A DNA stretch of 64,000 nt from Geosiphon pyriformis uo1 (lineage: Eukaryota > Fungi > Glomeromycota): contig JAAOMT010000742.1 in NCBI GenBank assembly GCA_016748015.1, positions 103,543 through 167,542 of the forward strand, written 5' to 3'. Within the stretch, counting starts at the first letter, position 1; every line of letters begins with the position of its first letter. Both the position numbers and the translations under genes were made by a program. The notes beneath the pieces were generated by a model that saw nothing but the letters and a program-made list of their open reading frames with translations, ran no database searches and was not told the origin of the DNA. Shown one piece after another: positions 36,334 through 47,707 of this stretch.

Positions 36334-37884
36334 ATGGTTGTATTTGATATTCTGGGAAAAAAAATGTTGTTATTAAACAATTATGAATCAGAAAAGCTCT
36401 TGGTAATTTTAATTCTTAGAGTAATTCTATTGCATTTGTTCATCCCTCTAAGAAATTATGCCCTCGAGCAAATTCCATCAAAGGAAAGAGTGGGTCCAGA
36501 AATTTTTAGTTTCTTTAATAAAACACAATTTTTTCAAATTAGCTCCAATGAGCAAGCACCGAAAACCTATTTGAAACCAAATTTGAATAAAAAAACAATG
36601 TCAAAAAGAAACAATCTATGGCATATATCAATAAATTCTTGGCCAACGACTGAAAAAAAACTCGAGAAAAAATTGGTTCAAGATCCAATTCTACTCAACC
36701 AATTTGCGAAATATGCTGTTTACGCTAATCATGCTTATTGTAATACTAGCGGCAATGCCGAAAATTTTAAGGGAACCTATGGTAATTTTTGTCCATTTTT
36801 CAGAAAAATCACTTTCATTACTCCTCCCTAATTTGAAATTAATCTAATACAATTTGACAGGAAATGCTCAATTAATTGAAAATGAAGTAATAGTTTATTT
36901 ACGAGGTTAGATGACATGTTAAAAACAACTAATTCATTTAGTTTTTTAATCCTTGAAATTGGTAAAAGATAAAAACTAAACAGAAATATTTTTTGGAACT
37001 TTAAAATGAAATTTAGGCGATGAATACTTGTTTACTCTTATGAAAGAACAGAGATTTTCTACCATTCACTACCCGGAAAAGGTGAAAGGATCAATGGTTA
37101 TTGAGTCATTCTATAATTCTTTCAGAAAAGTGAGAGGACAAGTTTTCGCTCTTATTTCAGTGCTTTTAAAGAATAGTAAATGTAATAACCTTCGAGTTGT
37201 GGGGCATGGTCTAGGGGGTGGTAAGTTGGTCCAAATTACTCTCATTGAACTTTACCTTTTCCATTCTCATAAAGTTATATCTTTGGGATAGTCGTAATTT
37301 TTTCTTTGCCATTTCTTCTAGCATATGCTATATTTGTGGCATTAGAACAACGAAAGCTCTACCCAAAACTTGATATCAAAATTTATTCTTATGGCCAACC
37401 GCGTGTTGGAAATGATCAATTTGTCTTTCACGTGAACAGACTCTTTCCCATACAAATTTTTCGCATTACCCTTTTTTACGATTGGATATCACAAATTCCA
37501 AGACGAATATTAGAAACAAAGTTTGCTCATTACGGAACAGAATATTTTATCTGGTACAATCTTAAATGCGAATGTGTAGACCCTTACAAAAATGTTGACC
37601 CAACCGTGTTTGAGTGTAATTATGGGATGGCAAAACACTTGGACTACAATGAATCAAAATACCGAGAGCCGAGAGTAAATAAGAAATTTCCATTTTATTG
37701 CTTTTATTTTTGAATTGATGAGTTAATTGCGAATTTAAATTCTGAATAGGATTGTAATGCTCTTTATGCAACCTGGATTAGAGGAAATGGTATATCTTCA
37801 CATTGGGGACCATTCTTTAAACAATTCATGGGTGACTGTCCTGAACGGAGAAATCCTCCGATATTTAAAATAGAATCGCAATGA
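36334..37884 (+). CDS. Class-3 lipase-like protein L4, Ser>Gly (VGHGLGG); start ATG at 36334 or 36364
   Basis: Exon 1 ends at 36781; then 36861-36905, 37017-37220, 37322-37674, 37750-37884. Motifs HAYC, YLRG, SYGQPRVGN, YDWISQIP, EYFI..CEC, SHWGPFF. Confidence 0.86.
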
Positions 37885-38465
37885 TTTTTTAATTGTACAT
37901 TTCAGTAATCTCCAGAATGTTTTCGAAATTTTTTTTTCATTTTATTTAGTGAAAAGTTAACTTAAAAGTTTTATCCCTCATCACTGAACATCACAGAAAC
38001 TTAAAAATTATAAGGATTCAGTTTCTTGTGAACCCTAAATTTCATCCAGGTACTCGAAACAGTAAAGTTTAATTTATGTTCTTTGATTTTCACAGGTGGC
38101 AGTTATTCCTTTAACTATCGATCCTAATTCTCAAAAATTGATAGTATATCTATAATGTTTTGTTAGGATCATTGCTGAAAACAAACAAGATAGGTCAAAC
38201 CTACTTACCAGGATTAGATTCATAACCTTCCTATATATGTAATTTAACGAAATTCACATTTTCATAATTTCCAAAAGTTTGGGGCCGAAACTAAATAAGA
38301 TTTTCAATTTTACATGTATTAATTTTAAAAAGCATCGATACCGAACATCTGTTAAAATATTTAATTAGGGAATAAATTATACAGGTTATAAAATCTCACA
38401 AACAATGATTTAAAAATTATGTCAATTAAATTGATTTTTCAAGGTTATCAGAACTCGTTAAAAAA

Positions 38466-39858
38466 ATGCCATCTTTTTCTTTTAAATACACTTCTTTCTT
38501 TGTATCCATCATTATTCTGATCATGATAATTATCATTTCTATTATCTCAATGACAACTCTTAAACCACGAAAATATAAAATGGAGAGTTCAAAGTTGTAT
38601 AGTAAAATTTTGTCGAAAATAAAAGAAAAAAAAGTTGTTAAAAATGAAACCAATTATCAATTGGAGGTTCGTAATTTAGGAGGATTTGGAAAAGGTGGTA
38701 AAAATTCACCAAAAAAAATCTTGGTTGAAGATGTAAAAGAATTGAAATTTTTAAAACGAATGGCTCATTTGGCCAATATTCCTTATTGCTTTGACACAAA
38801 TGAAATTGGGAATGGAAGTGCAGGCTTAATTGGTATGGAATTGAAATTTAAACATTATCTTGGAAAATGGGTCATTTTATCATTAAAATCAAATATATTT
38901 AATAATATTCTAGCTGATGTTGTCAAAGATCATGAGACTCAAAATTTTATTATCTTTTTACGAGGTTTGTCTTCAATAGAAAAAGCAAAAAAAAACTTTT
39001 CTATTATAATTGAAATTAAATGTCTCACTTCATTATATTATTATGAATAGGCCCGGAATACTCAAAAGAGGAATGGGACACAAGAAGATATAAAATGTAT
39101 TCACTTGATGAAAGAGCTAAAATTGAGGGTGGATGGGTACCTATCACAGAAAGTGTTATGAATCGATTGTACAATAAGATTATCACCATGAAAGAACCAA
39201 ATCAAAAAAGTCTAAATTTGGTTTTTATTGGACATGGTGTTGGTGGAGGTATGTTTTATCCAAATAGATAAAAGGATCAAAAATCGTTGAATACTTAAAA
39301 ATTTCATTCTTTGATTTCAAGTTTATGCCGTACAAATGGCCATGCTTTTCTTATCGAAAATAATTGGCCATGAAAATTTACAATTCAGGGAACTTGAAAT
39401 CCAGTTAATCGTGGTTACTTTTGGCCAGCCACGCTTTGCAAATATCGCCTATACAAAATTTATAAACATAGTTCCAAAATTGAAAATATATCGTGTGACG
39501 CATGCCAATGATCATGTTCCTCACAAACCAAAGGTATCCACTTCTGGTGAGAAATACATACATCATGAAACAGAATATTGGATATTGGATAAAAATTGTG
39601 ATTGCATAGATAATGGTTCAGAATTTGAGTTGTATAAATGTCCTGGTTATAAAAAAAATAACCCGGAAAAATTTGGTGAGAATCTGGTGAGTAGCAAAGT
39701 TTGAAGTTTGGATCATATCTCTGGAAAAACATTTTTTGATTCTTTTTTCTCTGCATTAGGGATGTAATTTGTCAACAAATGGATTGGGAGTAGATGCTCA
39801 TTATGGCCCATATTTTGGAACAATATTCGGGAAATGTGAAAGCTTTTACACCGATTAA
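38466..39858 (+). CDS. Class-3 lipase-like protein L5, Ser>Gly (IGHGVGG); type II signal anchor
   Basis: Exons 38466-38832, 38914-38964, 39051-39248, 39322-39686, 39760-39858. Motifs PYC, FLRG, TFGQPR, NDHVP, HHETEYWI..CDC, AHYGPYFG. Confidence 0.88.
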
Positions 39859-40193
39859 AAATTAAATCTTATTTCTCTTTATAGATTTTAGCCTTGTTTA
39901 TTTGCCAAGAATATATATTTTAAAGTTTTTTATTCCCTTCAAACTATTTAAAGATTGGTCTTTGATTTGTCTTGCGTACAAGAAATTATCTATTTTCAAA
40001 TTATTAAGAGAAAAATTGACCGTCTGACATTTTCCCTTGCTTTTGATTTGAAAAATTATCCCAAACTTCACCCATTACAGCAATGAAGATTGCCAAGGAA
40101 AATATTAATGACATTTAAAATTTCTGCAATGTCTTTACTAAACAAAACATTGATCAGTGAAAATTTTGATATTCAACAAAATTAGGTGTCACA

Positions 40194-41680
40194 CTATATG
40201 TCATCAAAATCGTCCTCAAGTGAAGGTGGGCACATTCCCATATTTTGACCAAAATATGGGCCTGAGTGTGATAAATCGATAGAAAAATTGGTAATTTGTG
40301 CTCCAGCATTACAATGCTAATGAAAAAAGATCTGTGAAGTTTATTTAGTAAAATTAAAACAGAGTATAAAAAATAAGTCTTACGGGATTTTCATGGATAT
40401 AGCCATCCACGAGAGGACCAATGCATTCATATACCACAAACATTTGACTCGTGTCAACGCATTCACAATTGTCACTGTATGTTATCCAATATTCTCGGTC
40501 AAAATGCCAATGGCCTTCCAAGTTTTTTCTTTCTGGCAATTGTGGAACCCGGTCATGGGAATGTGTAATACGGTAAATTTTATTGGGAAAAAGAGTCATG
40601 ACAAAGTGTGTAAAAAACAGATTTCCCATGCGTAATTGTCCGAAGGTATAAATTTCAATATCAAGGTAATATTCGGTCATCTTTAGCTCCAAAGCTGTAA
40701 AAACGGCATGTACTATAAAATCTCGAGAAAACATCAGAATTTGATCCATTTTATGAAAAAACAAATGATAGCTAAACATTTTGTACATACCCCCTCCTAC
40801 GCCAAATCCTGCTAAACGGACATGAAATTGAGGCCTCAATAATGAAGAAATCATTTCCATCAAAGTCTTCTTAGCCCTTAAAAAATCTTGATAGAGCTCT
40901 GCGACTACTTGGGCTTGAGGTATATTTGAGTAAGGCCGCCACATATTAAAATTTACTAGCTCTTCCTCATCATAATTGTAATCATATCCTCTCAAATATA
41001 TAATTAATTCTCTGTTTCCCGAGATCTCTGCCCGAGCTAATAATTGAGACAGATAAGAGCTTTGCTTAATTAAATAAAAAAGACGGTTATAACTTTATGT
41101 TGTTTTTACCGTATATTCCTGGTCCAACCATGCCACCTTTGTTTTTTATACAATAGGCCTTATTAGCATAGTAAGCATATTTCCGAAATTTTTGCAACCG
41201 CTTTTGAGGGTCATCTAGTGTTATTTTTCTCTTAAAATGACTTTCTGGATTGGTGGCCAAAATTGGGAATTTCAAATTTCTTTTTGACTTTTTGCGATGA
41301 AATTTCAAGTCTAAACTAGCATTAAAGGTTTGGAAATTTCTAGATAAAGAAGAGAATTCGAATTAAATTTACAAAGCATGTTTGAGGCAATTAAGATGGG
41401 ATTAAAGTATAGAAATGGCGCACATTTTATCTGCTAATTTGGATCTGAATATATCAAAGTGAGAAACCCATTCTATTTTCCTACGAGCTAAAATAGAATG
41501 ATATGTTTTATTTTGATAAGAAATTTCTTGTTGGATTAACTGGCTATTTTCGAAATTCATTGTCGTCTTTGTAGGCCTAAAACGAGAATTTACACCATGA
41601 AAAGCAGTAAAGCTAGAAATAATAAGTAAAATGAGAAAAATAAAATTCATTTGATTATTGAATTCCTCAGTCGTATTCAT
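40194..41680 (-). CDS. Class-3 lipase-like protein L6, His>Phe and Ser>Gly (AGFGVGG); signal peptide
   Basis: Motifs KAYC..GPGIYG, YLRG, GFGVGG, TFGQLRMGN, HDRVP, EYWI..CEC, SHSGPYFG; stop at 40194. The first intron boundaries (~41310-41485) are uncertain. Confidence 0.82.
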
Positions 41681-42209
41681 TTCTGAGTATTTCAGCTATA
41701 CCCTTGATTTTATAAACATCATGTCAAAAATCAAAAAATCTATTATTATCTGTCAATCTATTGATGCTTATTAAGCCACTAAAAATTTGAATGATTCGGT
41801 GAAAATTTCGAGATTTTGTTTTCAAATATTTGCAGTTTCCAAAAACATGGTTCTAAAGACTGTGTTTTTAAATCACTCTTTCCAAAATATTTTGCTCCAG
41901 GAAAAATTACTAATGAAATTCGTTTTTCCTAATCGGAATCGGAATGTTCTTTGCTGACTAAAAAAGATACATGTATTTTTAAATACCAGACAATTGATAG
42001 TGAGATTCTGGGCTTCAGACATAAACTTAATTGTCCGATAGAAATAATTAAGGCTCCGGAAGCTATCTAAAAAAAAACTAATTTTAAAGTATAATTACAA
42101 TTTCAGACTATTTAAATGAAGCTTATTGACTTTAGTTTTTAAGATTTATAATATCTTAAAGTCACAAGAGTAAAGAAAATATATATCCGACGAAAATAAT
42201 AAATCAATT

Positions 42210-43660
42210 TTACCATGGAGGCCCTTCAGGTGGGCATTCCATCATCATTCCTAAATAAGGGCCATTATGCGCGGCATAATTTTCAGTTTTATATTGGTTA
42301 TTGCACTCCTTTAAAGAAACCGCGAATAAAGATTTTTGATTAAATGGTGCTGTAAAATGCTTATAATGTAAAATAGTCTTTTTAAAAAGTTTACCAAACT
42401 CTCTCCGATAAATTTTTCCGGGCCTAATAGTGGTCCGTTACAAAGAAATAAATTTCCAGTGGCACACAAACAATCATCTAGCTCTATCCAAATTTCATTA
42501 ATCGTGTGAGCATAAAATCTTTGGAAAACATTAGGCGGCAACCTTGGAACATAATCATCCATGTTAGTGACCCGAAAAATTCTAAGAGTGGTATTGGAAA
42601 AAGAATTCACATAATTTGCAAACTGAAGATTGCCAATATGAGGTTGTCCTAAAGTAATAATGCTTAATTTTTGTCCAAATTTCCGTGATATTAAATCCAG
42701 CAATCCAAGTAAAGCATACACTAAAATATTTATATTAGAAATACTTAATATTAAATAAGGAACTTTTATGGATGACTTACTTTTAAAAAAAAATTATTTA
42801 AGCTCACCCCCACCCGAGCCATGTCCAACTCCCGTGATATGTGTTATAACTTTCTTTTCAAGAGCCTTATCAATGCACTTTTGGAAATTAACCTGAATAT
42901 TTTGGAAACGTCTATTGAACTCAATGTCGATTTTGGCACCATCGACCTTAGGATAGGGGACCAGCGCTTTCTGCTTGGCTTCCCAAAATCTCTGATCTCC
43001 TATTGGCTCACCTCTTACAGCAATAATACCTTGGCTTCCTTGCGTAAAAAATTCTGCTAAAGGAAAGCAAAATTGATGTTAGCCCATTAAAAAATTGAAA
43101 AGCTATACCTTTCAATTTCAATAATCCAAAATACCATAAATTCCTGGCCCAATAGCTGTTTCCTCATCGAAACAATAAGAAAGCATGGCAAATCGTATAT
43201 AATATTTTAGAGGATCGGATTGACGTATGAGAGTTTTTCTCCCTTGGGAAGTTCTTTTTGAAAAAAATTTCCTTTTGGTGTCAAAATTCGTATTGAGACT
43301 AGATAAATTAACAGGTAGTGAGATATTTGGTTTTGGAAAAAAAATTATCTGGCTTTTAAAATTTGGGATTGGTAAATATAGTTTTTATTGTATAACAGCA
43401 TTTTTTAGTTGCTTCACAGCGATTGTCGAATTAGTTATATGATCAGTGAAAATTGAAAGGGCATTAGAATGTTGGTTTTTTATTATTTCAACTTCTTTAG
43501 GAATGTATTGGAGCCTCCAGGGCTTTTTCAACAAGATGTAATTTAGTCCCAAAAGAAAAGCGATAAGAAAAACTGAACTTTTTAATTGGTTCTTGATATT
43601 AAATTGAGTATGTCCTTGAAACTGGGTTTTCCGAACCTCTTTTATTGGAAATATTCATTT
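42210..43660 (-). CDS. Class-3 lipase-like protein L7, Ser>Gly (VGHGSGG); 5' end uncertain, possibly pseudogenising
   Basis: Motifs SYC..GPGIYG, VRG, GHGSGG, TLGQPHIGN, DDYVPRLP, EIWI..CLC, AHNGPYLG; stop at 42210. There is an in-frame TAA at 43385-43387 in the pro-region and no clear in-frame ATG. Confidence 0.72.
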
Positions 43661-44390
43661 CTAAATGGCTATTAGTCTCATTGTCACCCGTAGAAACTCT
43701 CTTATTTTTTAAAATTCAAATTTAAATCAAATAGTTCAGTTCCTTTATCTAGCCTGTTTATTAATTTAGTTTGCAAAATACCCTTTATATCTTTATGTAG
43801 CAATCAAAAGAAAATTTTTAACAAGTAATGTATTTCAAAAATTTTTACTAATATTGAACTATGAATCATCTATTTCATTAGATTTGCAGAATTATTAGAG
43901 TGAAATATCATTGTAAAAATTTTTAAGAAAATTTCAACTATTTGCTTTTATTTATAAATAATGCTATTCTTACAATATAGGTTTTTCCAAATCAAGCTTG
44001 TTTCCTAAATATTATTTTTGTTTAATAGCAGTGTCTAAGATGTATGATAAGACCAATAAATTTTCACAATGCATCACTGTATTTATGTTTTCTCAAGTCT
44101 TTTGTAAAAATGAAATTCAAAGCTTTGATCTAATACCTTTAAGAATTTAATTTAATTACGCCGGATGTTATTCAAAATCTAAACGGCTTTCATGATGAAT
44201 AAATTATGTAACTATAAATGAGGAAACAATAATAGGGAATGGGTACTGCGTAATGATCGACAGTTTTTTCTTCACTAGTAATTTTCCTATCGAACGACCT
44301 CAACAATGAAAAAGAATCTAATCCATCAAAATAAACTCGCCTGGAGTTTTTAAAGATAATTCTTGAAGTATTAATTTATTAATTTTCTAA

Positions 44391-46787
44391 TCAATTTCGA
44401 GGAAAGACGAGAATATTGTAACATTTGGTCCTCCAGGATGGTGTGATAAATTCGATGATTTCGAGATTTTGATCAGGAATACTCTGTAGTTTATAGCGAT
44501 GCAAGATTGTTGCTAGGAAAAGACGAATTTCTTGAAGAGCAAGGCTAAAAAATATTTTTACTATAATCAACTTTGCTTCAATGAGTCATAAATTTTGCAT
44601 TAAAGGAAATAAAAATAGTTATTACCTGTTGTCAATGGAACTGATGGTCCCTTTAAAAATGAAAAAATTAATGGTGACCGCACAAAAATGTAACGCATTT
44701 TAATTATACTTTAAGATTAATTTAATTTGATACCTACCAGCTCCACATGGATAAAAGGCATCTCGAGGAACAGGATTTGTTGGATTCATCCATCGCTCAG
44801 GTACAAATTCTTCAGCATCCTGGCCCCAATATTGGGTGGAACGATGAATACTGTGAACTTGGGCCACCACTTCCATCTGTTTGGCCAATATAAAATTAAA
44901 ACTATCTTTAATTAAAAAAAAAAAATAAGAATTTGAAACCAATTACCCCTTTTGGTATGAGATGTCCACCCAGAACAATATCATCTTTTGCTTTTGTCTT
45001 GAAAACTTCAGCTAAAGAGTAAATAATAAATTTTCTTAACTTTACTATTTTTTACTTATTTAGAATATCACAATATATTTTTTACTTAGGGGGGAAGGCC
45101 ATAGCCTCATTGATTCTTTAATAACCGCATTCAAATATCGTAAATTTTTAAGATTATCATGTCTTGGCAATTCATCGTTATAGGCGGAAGACAAAGAAGT
45201 ATCGATTTCGAGATAAAGTTTTCTCAATTTTTTGGGATGTTGAACGAGTAAAATTAAGGTCATCAAAACGTTGAAAGCAATCAAGTCACTTTCTGAAATC
45301 CTAAGAATGAATTCATAAGGATGAGAAAAACGTATAGCATAATGGTTTTAGAGAAAATATTTTTAACTTACAAAAATTCCATCAATTGTTCTTTAATCTT
45401 ATCATCCGTTAGGCCATGTTTAACTTGGCTGGATACGTCAAGTAACATTTGTAGAAGGTCATTTTTTGGAGCAGAAATGCTTTGTCGACGGTTTTTTATC
45501 AAGCGAAAAAAGAACTTTGAAATAAAAAATTAGTTTTTAATTAATAAACAAGTATTATTAATAATATTTATCAATGCGTATAAGTAAAATATTTCAAGTA
45601 CGTTGCTAAAATATGGGTCCTCATTCCAGACCAACTTTAAGAATGGAAATTGAGAAATCTTTTGAAAATTCAAGATTAGTTAAATCACGTTAGGATAATG
45701 AAGCTAAAAAGTATTTTAATGAAATGATACTCACAAAGAATTTTCTTTTCAAAGCCTCTCTTACTTTCTTGAAGAATGGATGTGCTTCTATTTGAATCAA
45801 ATCAAAACTGATACTAAAAGCAGCTTCACCAACTATCTCCTAAATTGCAAAAAAAAAATATGTTTAATGTATCAAATATCCCGTTTTCAAATTAAGCTTA
45901 ATATTTTTATTCTTAAATAATATTACCAATGTGCATCTTTGAATAAGGTCAGAAAAGTTTATAATCAAACCCTTTTTTAAGTCCCCGCCCTTTAATTCTT
46001 GGTCAATTTTTTGAATAATTTGACCCATAGACTTTTGCATCAATGGTTCAAGACTTGATAAATTTTTGATTAAAGGGGTGTATAAAAGAAAATATCTCTA
46101 AAAAGGATGGAATAAAAAATTAGTAGCACATAAGGATATCCATCAAACACGTACTTTTAAGAAGATTACATTTATTGTGAAAATCTATTCAGAAGATATA
46201 ATAAAAAACGTTATATATTAAAATAATATTTTTAAAATATCAAAATTTATTCGTTATTAACCTGTTTAATGGCATCTCGATCGGCTATCATGACCTTTTG
46301 AAAACCTAGATACGAAAGAAGCATAGACTGAAAATCACATTTATAAACGCCTTATAATTAAAAATTTTATTTGAAATGTATTAACTTACTTGTTCGCACT
46401 ATAGATCCATATTTCGGAAATAAATTGAACTGCCAATAGCTCCAGCTATTTTGACAAAGGCAAAACTATTGAGTTAATGTACAAGGATTTTTCAATCTGT
46501 TAATAGTTCGATACCAACCTTATTCCTCGAACTGCAATGTATAACATGTATAATCCATGGAAACTAAACAAACTAGGCCCAGGTATTTTGCGTTTATCAC
46601 CAATACGTAGTTTCTGTTTTTCAAAAAGAGGTGTAAACATAATGTGACGCGCCAACATAATCCCAATATTGGATGAAATTCATTTTACATTGTAAATTAG
46701 ACTTGAAAAAATAAAGGCAGCAAAACCAGTCAAAAATTTGAACACTATCTCTCTGCCAATAGGTAGGAACTCTATAAATGTCTCCAT
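44391..46787 (-). CDS. Cytochrome P450-fold protein lacking the heme-thiolate cysteine (14 exons, open frame)
   Basis: N-terminal anchor, IPGP, KYGSIVR, LEPLM, EIVGEAAF, DLLQMLL, YLNAVIKESMRL (ExxR), LGGHLIPKG, FVPERW. The heme motif splices as PCGAGTISSIDNSLALQEIR via micro-exon 44626-44650. The I-helix reads FLISESDLIA. Confidence 0.85.
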
Positions 46788-47707
46788 AGTTAACGAATTT
46801 TGATAGATACCATCGCGTCGCTCAGCTTAAAGTTTTATAATTGATGAGGGATGTTTAGTATGATCTGCAACCTATAGTTTTAGATTTGATTGCCTGTTTT
46901 TAGATCTGCCAGAAATAAAGTTCATAATAAATAAGTGTATAATAAAAAATCCTCATGGATATCAAAACGATAGCCTTTCAATTCGTTCTGTATATTTGAT
47001 GATGAAAAACTTGATAAATATAAAGGCTGATTTTCGTGAAACAGGCAGCTGAATTCCTAAAAACTGATTCTCATTATTACCACTATAATGAGTAATTTTG
47101 TACATGTGTGTTGACACATTTGATGAGGATAATTGAAACAGTAAAAATTCAAGATTTCCCATTTATATCTGGTATCAGACAAATATTTTAAACTTGTTGA
47201 AAAAAAAGTTACAAGAAATAGTAATTCTGAAAAGAGATCATTCCCGAAGATTTGGCAATATTCTGCCTAGGAATAGTTCTAAATTTGCAGCTTATTCAGA
47301 AAAGACAATCGTTGAAAAGTTTCGACGAGAGCTTTTTAAATTGGTAGCCCATCGAAAACCAATTTATTTTCAACTCATTTTGATGTTTACAATTTAAATA
47401 AACTAGTTAAGAAATATCTTTTTGCAATAATAAAGAAAAATTAATTAATTAATTAATTTAAAAAGATATTTTTATAATTTTTATTTTAATATTTCGTCAA
47501 CTTATTTAGATTGAAATAGTTTGCTGAAATTTTAAAGATTTGATAAAGTTCATCAAAAATAAAAGTAATCTCATAAAATTTATTTTTAAAATTCAAACAT
47601 GAAAATTTCAAAGTTCTATTCAATAAGTTTGAATAGAGTAGAATGCGAAAAGAGAATATAACTAATAAAACACAAGAAAAAATAGTTTACAAAAGAAACT
47701 GACAGAT

